Part shown: piece after piece, positions 52,916 through 64,000 of the stretch
Position numbering within the stretch: position 1 is the first letter of the stretch
How the letters are laid out: the number at the start of each line of letters is the position of its first letter
Assembly: GCA_951406725.2 (NCBI GenBank)
Contig: OX597815.1
Coordinates: 85,250,001-85,314,000 of the forward strand
Source of the DNA: Octopus vulgaris
Lineage: Eukaryota
Length of the DNA: 64,000 bases
Direction: 5' to 3'
Notes under the pieces: model-generated
What the model saw: the letters and a program-made list of their open reading frames with translations, nothing else
What the model was told of the DNA's origin: nothing
Database searches by the model: none
Made by a program: the position numbers and the translations under genes

Positions 52916-54448
52916 GTAAGAAATTATTTCATTGCAATTATTTTTTAAAATCTTTTAACTGAATAAAGTATTTATAACTATTGCATCAAATACAAAAATC
53001 ATCTAGTTGTGAAGAAAAACCTAAAACATTATTTAATTTAGTATAGGACAATATGTCCAGGAAAGAGTTCTGTGCAATAAACCTGTCTTACACAAGTGAA
53101 CTGATGATAGAATGATAGGTTCCAAAAATTCATTGATTTTAGTAGTTTATTGAACAATGGAAAAATTTACCTGTTTTCAATGTGTTGGAAAAATTAATCC
53201 AGAAAATAGTGTAAGTATGGCTTGTAGAGAACTAATTAAATTAAAAGATGGAGTTCCCTAAGTATTAACTTTACTTTCTACCTGTCCTTAAAAAAAGACA
53301 AAACATTAAAGGAAGAAACTTACCTAAGGGAACAAATTTAAGTAAGTTAAATATTTGGTTTGAATAATGGTTTTCTATTTAAAAACTGATCAATAGATTG
53401 TAGTTATTTTTAAAATAAAATACCTTTACATATGTGTCCTGACAAAAAGAAATCGCCTTAGTTTTTAAAGATGCTGTCTTATCCCATTATATAAAAAAAA
53501 AAACTTATAACGTTATATAATTTAAAATCAGACTATATGTGCAGGAAAGAGTATTGTGTGATAAACCTGTTTAACAGAAGCCAACTAACAATAGAATAAA
53601 ATTTTAGAAGGTTCCAAAAATTCAGTGACAAGGAACGCCATCTTTTAGTTCAGTTAGTTCTCTGCAGGTCACACTAACTATTTTCTGGATGAATTTTTCC
53701 AATACATTGAACAGGTAAATTTTTCTAATTGCTCCAGCAATTTGTATGCAGAACTATTCTATCCTACTACAATAGTAGGTGCAGAGGACCATTAAGCTTA
53801 GCATATAATTAGGTTTCATTTGTCATAGCATTTTAGTGTGTGTAATGTGGCATTGTTGTGCAACTAATTAGATTATTCATAAGCTATATATCTATATCTA
53901 TCTGTGTGTGTGTGTGTGTATATATAAATATATAAACTGAAATTTTTTTGATACCCAACAGTCCAAGACTGCCCATGGAGCTAGGATACAAACTTCCTAT
54001 TTTAAATTGACCTAAATTAAAACCATCCGTCAAAATTTCATGCTAATTTATGTTCCAAACTCCAGTTTCATAATAATAAAATTATTTTACTAAATTCCTC
54101 AATATTACCAAAATTAATTAAAATAAAGTTAATGTGTTTTAACAGGGATTTGGTAACAAAAGGATTAAGAGGTTGGGCTACTAATGACATGATCATAAAT
54201 TCAAATCTTAAAATAAATGTAACCCTCCTGCCTTAGGAATATACTTCTATTTGTACCAGTTGATCTGCCTGAAAAATAGGCACTATTTTGTAATAAAGTG
54301 GTTAGGTACAGTAACAGCATCTAACTTCAAAATTATTCAGGTAGCAAATATTCTAATTCCTTATTAGTATGGGAAAAAATGTAAAAATATGCATGTATTG
54401 CTCGTTTAAATAAATAAAATTTTCCTTATTTATCATTTCATTTACCAG

Positions 54449-54579
54449 GCTTTGAATACTGTGTTGAGGCTACAATGGGAGGTTATGGTCCTGTTCAGAA
54501 AAACTATCATCTCTGCAGACGTCGTCGCTGGGTCAGATCAAGAAAATTAGTGGTTGATGAAAAGGCAAAGCAAAAAAAG
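54449..54579 (+). CDS. MYOF: Ferlin exon, inner DysF C-part (FEYCVEATMGGYGPVQKNYHLCRRRRWVRSRKLVVDEKAKQKK)
   Basis: ttaccag|...|gtattt, 131 nt, phase 1-0, RRRRW motif. Confidence 0.95.
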
Positions 54580-55245
54580 GTATTTACTTGAAACTGTTTT
54601 CATATTTTACTAGAATAATATACCAGTCAAATACTGGGTTAGTTTAATTAACTATGCCCTCCTAAATACATGGTCTTCTGTCTATGCTAGAAATCAGTAT
54701 CATAATCTGATATTAATAATTAATCTGAGATATGTTAAGTCAAATATTTTATTTGCATTGAAGAATAAATGTTTAATTTATTACATGTTCATATGTAAAA
54801 CAAAACTTAAATACTGTATTTTTTAAAAATTCAAAATATAAGGTACTTTGGGTGTTAGGTACAGAACAGACTTGGAGAAATTATGGAAGTTTGCCAGAAC
54901 CCAAAAAGCCTTGAAATATCAATCAGAAATTGAGGTTTACTTAGAGATTCTTATTCCTGGATATGGTTTATGTATTGCCTGATGATTCCATAATGTGATC
55001 ATAAATGGGAGACAGAGCTTGAACGTGGGTGGACAATTGTAATAGAAATAAGTTGAAGACTGGCACTTCTATAACCACAAATGAATCTACAATTGCAACA
55101 TTTAAATTTAATTTTCCTAAACAATGTTTTTTTTCATTATTTTAAATAGGAGTAGTCGTATGTATGTAGTTTGTTGTTTTTTTGGGGTTTTTTTGAAACC
55201 TTGTTTTTTCTTTCTTTTTACCTTTAAACTATCTATTATTTTCAG

Positions 55246-55410
55246 GAAAAACTTGAAAAACAAGCAGCTGAAGGTTGGGAATATGCCCCATTGTTCAGCA
55301 TGAAGTTCCATGCCAAGGAACGTAAGATGGATCTTGTCAGACGCAGAAGATGGCATAGAAAAATGATATCAAAAGGAATTGGTGGAGCATGTTTCTTTAG
55401 AGTAGCTGAG
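55246..55410 (+). CDS. MYOF: Ferlin exon, outer DysF C-part ([22 protein letters not shown]...[10 protein letters not shown]...RVAE)
   Basis: tttcag|...|gtaaag, 165 nt, phase 0-0, GWEY and RRRRW motifs. Confidence 0.95.
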
Positions 55411-56917
55411 GTAAAGACATTTTTTATTGTTTCAGTTCTTTTTTCAATTGTAAGTAAAGGGCTAAGATGTATTTGTATCAGTTTAATATAATGTTGATGA
55501 AAATGAACTTTCTCAAAACTTATTATAATGGTTTGAGTATGACCTGTTGTGAGTGCAATAAGAATGTTTACCATAGTAACTTTGGTAAATGACGAAGGTA
55601 TTGGAACAGTTGAGGTGAGTTAGTTGTTTATTACCAGGAAGATCACTGTAAGTGAATAACAGTGTAACAATTTTTTTTTTTGTCTTTGGTTAGTAAGTGT
55701 TATTTCTTATTTGCTTCAAAGAAATCAAAGGAAATGACTACTATTCCCTTAAAACTTTGCTCTTGTGACTTCGACATCAATGTTTTGAAACTGACCTATT
55801 TTCCATTACATTTCGGACAGATTCAGTTGCTGAAGCAGAAATATCATTATATCAAATATTCTGCTCATTACCACAGATATGCTTGTCAGTTACTTGATTT
55901 TAACCACTTGAGTGTGTTCCTTAGTGGCTGACAATATGTACATCTTTGAGCAGGAGTAGTAGATTGAGAGGGATTCTTTGGAGTTTGAATAAATGTAATA
56001 AAAGCAAAGTTTGAAAGAATTTTTAGTCATTTTTCATACTCTCTAAGGGTAAGCAAATAGGAAATAACCCAAGGTCAAAAATTGTGTCACACAGTGTAAT
56101 TGAAGTACCATGAATGGTTGTGACACTAATTTGAAGAATGTTTAAATAAATATACACTAAGTAAAACAGTTTAATCTTAATGAAGAGTTTAAGTTGCATA
56201 CTAAGTGAAGGTACTGACAGTATTCTTATTAAAATCTTCCTTCAGCAATGTGTCCTTACTCTGAATAAAAGCATATTACTTTACTTACATTAAGGAACTA
56301 AGCTGAAAAATAAATCTTTCTTCTATCACTTAGTTCAATATTTAATCTTAATTTTCAGTGTTTCTCATATAGCTTCATATTACCAAAGCTAATTTTAACC
56401 TGTGTAAAGTAGTTGAAAAATAAGATTTGGTGTTTAAAGGTCATGAAATTAAACTTTGCTACAATGATTTTATTTGAAATGTAAGGTATGCCTTTCATAA
56501 ATAAACTTACAATTTTTCGTTCACTGTGAAAATTAAACATCACAGCTTTTTATCTATATGGGAAGAAAAAGTAGAATTAATTTGACTAGTTTCTAATATT
56601 GTTAGTTCTTCATTAGTAAAATGTCAAAGAGAGATTTGTATACACTATAATGAATACAAATGAGAAATGTTTCACTGGTTAGTGTAATTTGGATTACAAT
56701 GCATGTTTTATCATGAATTAATTTATAATGCACTATGCAACAATTTTGGATAATTTGTAATGTAGGGTAGACTGTTTTCTATGAACATGCAATTTCAGTC
56801 TGTGCAGCAAATAAACAAAATGGTTATGCCACACACTCTCCCTCCCTCTTTTTCTCTCTTTCTCTCTCTCTCAATTTGTACAAATTATATTTTTATTTTT
56901 TTTCCTTTGTGTTATAG

Positions 56918-56975
56918 GATGACTCTGACAAAGAAGTTGGTATGATATCACCACGAATGTTTCTTACATTTGGGG
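56918..56975 (+). CDS. MYOF: Ferlin exon, linker (DDSDKEVGMISPRMFLTFG)
   Basis: gttatag|...|gtaaat, 58 nt, phase 0-1; needed to restore phase to the next exon. Confidence 0.88.
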
Positions 56976-57870
56976 GTAAATATTTTTAATAGTTTTCTTT
57001 TTTTTTTTCTTTTACAACTATCTAATTGCTGTTAAGTCCATGTATAATATACTACTATATGTAACACTCGCCTCAGATTTGGTCCTTAATTGGTCTTAGT
57101 AGGTAGGAAAAAAATTTTGCAGTCTGTGGCATTAGGCTGAAAAAATGCAGCTAAGCACTAGACAAATTTCATCTTCTGTTACTCAAAGTTCAAATGCTGT
57201 TGAAGTCAGCTTTGCCTTTCATCTATACAGGGTCAAGGAAATAAATACTAGCCAAGCACTGAGATCAATGTAATTGACAGACACCTTCCCAGAAAGGATT
57301 ATATATTGAGGTTAATTTGATCTGTCCACAACTTTTATGATATTTAAAGCCATTTAATAAACTTGGTTTGGGAATAATTTGCGTTTCATATTTCTTGGTT
57401 TGGGAATACTTTGCGTTTCATATTTCTAAAACTAATGTGCCATGGTGTCATAAAATATTAATTTCTTAAAGTATTTCCTATACATATATTTAATTACACA
57501 TTTCATGAGCCACAAAAAAAAATCAAAGGATTTGTATTTAAATCAAGCTTTTGATAACTTTAACCAAAGGATAAACAGCTCTAAAGTGCAATAAAAAAGT
57601 TTAGACCCTATTTTCTACGGGTGGTTTATAACTGGTATTTAAGCTTTAATGCAGAAGTCCCAGGACTTTAAACAAACAACCCCTACTTATATATATATTG
57701 CCTATTGTACATAAATTATGAATTTAAAGGATCTATATATTCTTCACAAAAGTTGTATTTTATTCAAAATACTGGAAAGATGTATTTTTATTATCATTGA
57801 TTGTTAAAATAAATATTTTGTAATTAAAAAATGTATATTTAAAATGAATTCTTGATATTTTTGTTTCCAG

Positions 57871-57948
57871 AACCTCAAATTTATCAGCTTCGAGCTTACT
57901 TGTACCAAGCTAGAGATCTTGCAGCTGCTGATGATTCTGGTCTTTCAG
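57871..57948 (+). CDS. MYOF: Ferlin exon, C2D start (EPQIYQLRAYLYQARDLAAADDSGLSD)
   Basis: tttccag|...|gtactg, 78 nt, phase 1-1. Confidence 0.96.
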
Positions 57949-58480
57949 GTACTGCCTTCATCTTGACAAATATAAATTAATATGTCATTGTACTATTTTC
58001 AGATCGACTACCCCAATTTAACTAATAAAAAAGGAATTTTCTTGACTCTGATTTAAAGCTTATATGTTAATCATACTATTAGTGTACTTAACTCTAACCA
58101 TTATAAGTAAAGTTGATTTCTTCCAACAAAAATTTAAATAAAATTTTCCACTTTATTCCTTTGGCAACATTAAATACCCAGCAAATCAGTCATCATCATT
58201 TATCATCTGTCTTCCATGCTGGCATGAATTGGACAGTTTGATAGTAATTGGCAAGTCAAAAAACTATGCCAAGCCCTACTATCTGCTTGGGTTTAATTTT
58301 TGTTGTGGTATGCCCTTCCTAATATGTGTAAGAATCTGCTGTGTTTGTATTAGCATAGTTTGATGTCAGATTGTAGCCCCTGCAGCCAATCCATTCTAGC
58401 CTGGAAAGGTAGACAATGAAATAAGTACAACAGTCGACAGATCTTAACTATGAAAGTTTTTTTTTTTCTTTTTCTTTCAG

Positions 58481-58662
58481 ATCCTTTTGCAAGAGTATCA
58501 TTCCTTAAACAAAGTATGGTCACTGAACCATTTAAGAAATCACTTTGTCCAACCTGGGACCAGACCTTGATCTTTGAGCAATTAGAAATCTATGGTAATC
58601 CTCAGAATCTAGAAATGCAACCTCCAGATATCTTTATGGAGATTTTTGACCATGACATGTTT
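58481..58662 (+). CDS. MYOF: Ferlin exon, C2D (PFARVSF...LCPTWDQTLIFEQLEIYGNP...EIFDHDMF)
   Basis: ctttcag|...|gtaagt, 182 nt, phase 1-0. Confidence 0.96.
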
Positions 58663-59099
58663 GTAAGTACTTAAATTTTTGCTTGCAAGATCATTTTGAC
58701 TTCACACCTTTATCAGAATGAATGAATCATACATTTCCATTTTTCAAAAGTATTTTGGGAATTAGTGAAAATTTTCTACTTTATATTATATACTACTATA
58801 TCATTTGGCTTGTTTGGTACCCAGCTATTTAATATATAACTATTGTTTAATATCAAGAACTAAAACAAAAGCACTACTTCTTACCAGATTTTCCTTTAAA
58901 ATAACATTTCTTAATTTTTAGAGACAGTATAAAGTCAGATTTCTAAATGTCTTGCAGTTATACTTTGCAATTTTTTAAGAAGATAATGGGAAAGTATTTC
59001 ATTATTGATCATAGTTTGGCAAAGTTGATATAATTTTTATTATAAAAACATATTTAATAGATTTCTGACTTTAATGATTCAAGTCCATTTAAATTTCCA

Positions 59100-59560
59100 A
59101 AAATAAATCAAATGGAAATTGTAGTTGTGAGCCCCGTGCCGGTAACATGTAAAAAGCACCATCCAACTGTGGCTAATGCCAAGTCAAGTACATCAACATC
59201 AGCAATATCAAAATCAAATCAAATGGAAATTGTAGTGAGCCCCATGCCAGTAGCACGTAAAAAGCACCATCCGAACGTGGTCGATGCCAGTGCCGCCTTG
59301 ACTGGCTTCCATGCCGGTAGCACGTAAAAAGCACCATCCGATCATGGTCGATTCCAGCTCCCCTAGCCCCTTGTGCCAGTGGCACATAAAAAGCACCCAC
59401 TACACCTCGGAGTGGTTGGCATTAAGAAGGGCATCTAGCTGTAGAAACACTGCCAGATCAGATTGGGGCCTGGTGCAGCCTCCTGGTTTCCCAGACCCCT
59501 GTCAAACCATCCAACCCATGCCAGCATGGAAAACGGATGTTAAATGATGATGATGATGAT
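59100..59560 (+). mobile_element. RTE-family 3'UTR copy in the opposite orientation
   Basis: Reverse complement of the 44299 family, ending in (ATG)n. Confidence 0.75.
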
Positions 59561-60147
59561 TAATGACTTGAGATAATTTTACTGTTTTTCTATTACTACT
59601 ACTACTACTACAAATGTTTAATCTCCTGCAGCTTGATTCTTGAGCAGGCTTGCACAGCTCTGAAAATGAAATGAGGTATGCTTTAAGAAAAATTGCTCTA
59701 CACTACAGATTTCAAATAAAGTAGACAAATATTTAAAATTTATTATAAATCTTGAATAGTGGGCAGAGAATTTAATTTCAGGTTTTGAAGTTTTAATATC
59801 AAATTTTTAAATATATATCAAACTTCCATGCTGCTCAAGACAAATTTTGTAAATAAAACACAAGCGATGTTTAGTTTTATATATATTTTGGTGAGTGGTA
59901 TGCATGTCATTCTGAGGTGCCTCATGGATCAAATGTTATACAGACTTGTTGAGGTTATTTTACTTTTGGTGACAAATCTTGCTATTCAGTGTCATTTATC
60001 CTATTGCATTCGCAGAACATCATTCACTAAGAAGCCAGTATGTTCCCCACTTTTTTTATATACTAATTAAAACTTGTTAAATATATGATTTTTGACATTG
60101 CTTTATGTAAATGATTGTTGGTATCTCTAAAATTTGTTTTTCTGTAG

Positions 60148-60297
60148 GGCAAACCTGAATTTCTTGGCCGATCTAAAGCTAGCCCAATGGTAAAGCTTGA
60201 TCCTGCTGATGCTCGAAACCCAGTTTTACAATGGTACCCTGTTTATAAGAATGAGGTTGCAAAAGGAGAAATTCTAGCTGCCTTTGAATTGTTCTTG
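60148..60297 (+). CDS. MYOF: Ferlin exon, C2D end (GKPEFLGRSKASPMVKL...LQWYPV...GEILAAFELFL)
   Basis: tctgtag|...|gtaagt, 150 nt, phase 0-0. Confidence 0.96.
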
Positions 60298-60450
60298 GTA
60301 AGTATATATATATATATTTGATTAGAGGTTGTGTTAATCTCATGAATGTATGGTTTCATTAAAGTAAATACTAGTTCAATACCTAGTATTTTGGGGTAAT
60401 TAATTTCTTTAAAATAATAGGTATATATAAAAACATATAGTTTATAGTCA

Positions 60451-60862
60451 TACAAAAGAAGAAAAAGAAAACAGATTTGAAGTTAATAATTGTTTATTAT
60501 TTACAACAAATTAATCATCATTCCTTACAGCTGTTTCAATTAACGCTCAGTAAATATTAAAGTTATATGATTTGAGCATATCTTCAGAAGAATCAATCTG
60601 CAAACCCCTCACCTGAACATATAACAATAGAAATCATAAACAGTATCATTCAGTCTGCTATAGTGAATAAATAACACATATAAAACATCCAAGGGTATAT
60701 TTTTTCCCTCTGAAGATATTATGCTCAGGTCATATAAATTTAATATTTACTCAATATTTACTGAACATTAATTGAAACAACTGTAAGTGATGATAATTAA
60801 TTTGCTGTTAATAATAAACAATTATTAACTTACCAATCTCAATTATCTTTTTCTTCTGTTTT
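60451..60862. mobile_element. Older inverted-repeat element with hammerhead motifs in both arms
   Basis: About 60451-60592 is reverse-complementary, with divergence, to about 60707-60862. Confidence 0.7.
60521..60592 (-). ncRNA. Penelope-type minimal hammerhead motif, partly degenerate; second copy at about 60705-60790 +
   Basis: On the minus strand: TTCTT-CTGAAGA-(ATGCTCA/TGAGCGT)-GAAAC-AGCT-GTA-AGGAA, with palindromic stem III ACAGCTGT. Confidence 0.6.
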
Positions 60863-61004
60863 ATATATATATATATATATATCAACAATCAAGGAACGGC
60901 TATAATAGGCCATTCACCCACTAGAAATAACAGCCAAAGCTTCAACCGCAAATAAAAATTAATTCCGTAAACCAGGAGAAAATTTAAAAAACATTTACCC
61001 TGTA

Positions 61005-61111
61005 ATTTCTTATACGATATACCGTTTCATCTGCTGATTAATGGTAAACTAACCTGATTAAATTAAATCAAGCCAATCTTCCACAGGCCCTCAGATTCTT
61101 CAGTAAGAAAT
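61005..61111 (-). ncRNA. Type I hammerhead ribozyme motif, inverted copy of 61565-61671
   Basis: Reverse complement of the + strand motif within the inverted arm. Confidence 0.8.
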
Positions 61112-61564
61112 AGCCCAAGTCGGAACAGATATTTTCACGAGGCATTTCCGACCTTGCCAAGTTTATATCTGACCTAAAATTTTCAAAATGTTTTTTAAAT
61201 TTTCTCCTGGTTTACGGAATTAATTTTTATTTGCGGTTGAAGCTTTGGCTGTTATTTCTAGTGGGTGAATGGCCTATTATGGCCGTTCCTTGATTGTTGA
61301 TGTTGAACTTAAAAATGGTCTATGACTATTTTAATTTTTTCCCACTAGGCCGCTGGTGGCAAAAGAATTCTACAAAATTTTTTTTTGCCACCCTATATTG
61401 ATTAATTATGAATTTTCTGGTTAATTCCGTAATGGAATCGACGGCTTATATTTATTTGCTGCCGATAAATTTGGCGCGAGTGCGACGATTTGAAAATTTT
61501 AGGTCAGATATAAACTTGGCAAGGTCGGAAATGCCTCGTGAAAATATCTGTTCCGACTTGGGCT

Positions 61565-61671
61565 ATTTCTTACTGAAGAATCTGAGGGCCTGTGGAAGAT
61601 TGGCTTGATTTAATTTAATCAGGTTAGTTTACCATTAATCAGCAGATGAAACGGTATATCGTATAAGAAAT
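61565..61671 (+). ncRNA. Type I hammerhead ribozyme motif, intact
   Basis: Stem I ATTTCTTA/TAAGAAAT (8 bp), core CTGAAGA (61573-79), stem II ATCTG/CAGAT with a long insert, GAAA (61648-51), stem III ACGG-TATA-TCGT, GUA cleavage triplet ending at 61663. Confidence 0.85.
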
Positions 61672-61800
61672 TACAGGGTAAATGTTTTTTAAATTTTCTC
61701 CTGGTTTACGGAATTAATTTTTATTTGCGGTTGAAGCTTTGGCTGTTATTTCTAGTGGGTGAATGGCCTATTATGGCCGTTCCTTGATTGTTGATATTGA

Positions 61801-61858
<58 letters not shown>

Positions 61859-62701
61859 ACACACATGTTTTGGTTGACTTGTAAAACTAAAGTGTTCAAA
61901 ATGGTTCTTTTTATATTGTCAACATTAGTGTAGTACATTTGTATTGTACATAACATGAATTAAATTTGCTTTTATTCAGGTGTTATTTTTTTAGTCATTT
62001 TGAATTAGATTCATTTTTTCAGATATTTGAAATTAACTAATTTATATGCAAAGTTCAATGGTTTTATGTTCATGTGTTTCCTGAAGGAATTAGTAATGGG
62101 AAATGAAATAGTATAACTCTTACTATTGCTACTTTTAATGATTTCTTTTCCAAGACTCATTTTTTAGGAATAAGAATTAATTTTCTCAATCTCTTACATA
62201 TATGTCAGTATTACATATTGGTTATTATTCACCAAAATCTTTCCACCACATTATTAACTCTTAAACACAGCTATAATTATAATTTTTCAGTTAGAAGTAA
62301 AGTTGTAGGTCTTCAATTAATTTTTTTGTTTTCTATAGTAAAGCATTCTCTCAAACAGTTTAAATAAAATTGTTCTGGCTAATAAATTAACTTCAACTTT
62401 TGATTTGAATACCAGAATTCTAGTATTTCAGCAGTTTTATTAGCCTATATCTCTGTAATGATTCACTTAAAAAGGTATGAATCCACTGAGCTTTTAAAAA
62501 AAGAAATAAGTTGTTTTACTCCCAGGCATTTGAATTGCAAGCAAAGCAGTTCCAGATGAATGATTGTAAGGAGTCGTGATGTTAGTTATACAAGTGTACA
62601 AAATATTAGTATCTTGAAGTTACTATGGATACATTAATGGAATTGGATTGAACCAGCGAAATTGTAATTGCTTCAAAACTAACTTTCTTTTCATATTTCA
62701 G

Positions 62702-62803
62702 ATAACACCTGGTAAAGATCTTCCATTCCTACCACCAAAACGTGGAGAATTATACCAAGTTCCCAATGGTATTAGACCAGTTCTACAAAGAACTGGAATT
62801 GAG
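62702..62803 (+). CDS. MYOF: Ferlin exon, post-C2D linker (ITPGKDLPFLPPKRGELYQVPNGIRPVLQRTGIE)
   Basis: atttcag|...|gtaaat, 102 nt, phase 0-0; cf. myoferlin LPILPP...YMVPQGIRPVVQ. Confidence 0.95.
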
Positions 62804-64000
62804 GTAAATCTATTTTCTTACTATAATGTGATATCTTACAGTTTATTTATCATGAAGTATTTACATTGTTTTGTAATCTTTTAAACAGCAATAATTATAT
62901 TAAAATTTAACTTTAGTTGCATTTCACTGAATAAAATCAGTTTTTTCTACTGGATAAAATCATTTTTTTTGTACTGAATAAAATCAATTATTTCCAACAT
63001 TTTGAAATATATTTACATCAAATTCATGTTCTTGTGTTGTACACCAAACTGATATTGATCTCTTTATTGATGCAAGACACATGTCTATGTACTAGCTTCT
63101 CCCTTTGTCTGTGTACCTCTCTCTTCCGTACTATATTTTAAAACTTGATAAGAGATGTGAATATGAATAGCTTTCAGCATTTTATTTTGTGCTTTGCAAG
63201 GGTTCAGTCAAGTAAAAAACTTACTCACCATTGGAAGAAGAGTGATAAACTATGGTCTCATACTGTCTGTAATGGAAAGAAAATTTATTTAATAAAAATG
63301 TGCAGTGTGTGTGTTGAGCACACAAACTGCAAGTTATACTACTCCCTATGTTTTATAGGTTTTGTTGTGGCACTAAGATTTGAGTAAGCAATGAATTAAG
63401 CTACATACTATTTGGCTGAAATTAGTATTTGCTGTAGTTCAATAGCTAGAGTATCACCAGGATAGGATAGGATACTGGTATTTTGTACACCGCTGTAGAA
63501 TGAATAACCAATGCAGTAAATATGAATAATATTTTACCCAATCATCATTATCATATAACGTCTGTTTTTTATGCTGGCAAGCATTGGATAGCTTGACAAG
63601 AGATTGCAATTCAGCGGACTGTGCCTATATTATCTAAAAGCTTGTTGACTGCAAATGGAAAATTTGGTCAGCAAATGAAGCTTAAATTTTTAATTAATGT
63701 CCACAGGGTATTTGAGCTACGATGCAGAAAACTCTTTTGCAGCAACTGTTGAGTTTTAAAACCTGTAGGTTTTGGTGATACTGATTTTTCTCTAATTTAA
63801 TATCTATATCAGTGATTTCTGATCCTTTATCAATGCTAATAAACCCAAAGTCATATATTTTAATCTGTAACTCATCCAGGTTATACAGTCTGATTTGTTT
63901 GATATCAGAAATCTTTCATCTGATCAATGTTCCAATTCTATTTTTGGTTTGTCTTGTTCAGCTGATTTGCTTAGAAACTCTTGTGTATTATTGGTAGAAT

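Larger units (their letters stand above)
60881..61800. mobile_element. Young hammerhead-bearing non-autonomous element (Penelope pLTR/retrozyme-like) with 307-bp inverted arms, in (TA)n
   Basis: 60881-61187 is the reverse complement of 61489-61795 (one mismatch seen); 61186-61301 directly repeats 61680-61795 (period 494); (TA)n on both sides. Confidence 0.8.
1011..62803 (+). other. MYOF: Type-I ferlin (myoferlin/dysferlin-like) gene, internal portion; 5' and 3' ends outside window
   Basis: 29 GT-AG exons join in consistent phase when one of the two 77-nt exons is used. The product is collinear with myoferlin/dysferlin motifs: KGYLK, RAEDIPx[32 protein letters not shown], DysF W-rich and RRRRW motifs, YQARDL. 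The symbol is by similarity only; MYOF versus DYSF cannot be resolved for an invertebrate gene. Confidence 0.95.

Noticed and set aside
55150-55161. Possible microexon after a poly-T acceptor upstream of exon 55246
   Set aside because: Reads GAG TAG (stop) in phase 0 and overlaps a gtat repeat, so probably a chance site.
57362-57425. Short tandem duplications (32 bp x2 here; 30 bp x2 at about 7473-7531) and a 15-bp hairpin at 46319-46350
   Set aside because: Ordinary slippage or template-switch products with no functional signal.
522-63997. Most six-frame ORFs of 60-140 aa as independent genes
   Set aside because: They are low-complexity, microsatellite- or repeat-derived, antisense to exons, or exon read-throughs into introns (e.g. 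13287, 42232, 45494, 58450, 62648). The locus is a spliced eukaryotic gene.

Overview
AT-rich, repeat-dense eukaryotic genomic DNA. The repeat families resemble those of Octopus or other coleoid cephalopods, which is an inference. The whole window is the middle of one + strand gene, a type-I ferlin (myoferlin/dysferlin-like). I reconstructed 29 GT-AG exons with consistent phases, running from the end of C2B through FerI, C2C, C2-FerA/FerA, FerB, nested DysF and C2D; the start and stop lie outside the window. Notable points: (1) two duplicated 77-nt exons that appear mutually exclusive and swap the Ca2+-binding loop 3 region of C2C; (2) a 15-nt frame-preserving microexon, plus a weaker 12-nt candidate; (3) several unrelated intronic palindromic elements, most at (TA)n tracts, whose arms carry hammerhead ribozyme motifs, as in Penelope-like pLTRs and retrozymes. 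One of these hammerheads is fully intact on both strands (61565-61671 + and 61005-61111 -), and one has a compensatory G3-C8 core swap (20580-20629 +). The introns also hold RTE/CR1 LINE relics, tRNA-type SINEs, Helitron-, hAT- and piggyBac-type non-autonomous elements, a Tc1/mariner fragment and microsatellites. Almost all ORFs in the supplied track are spurious or are exon read-throughs.
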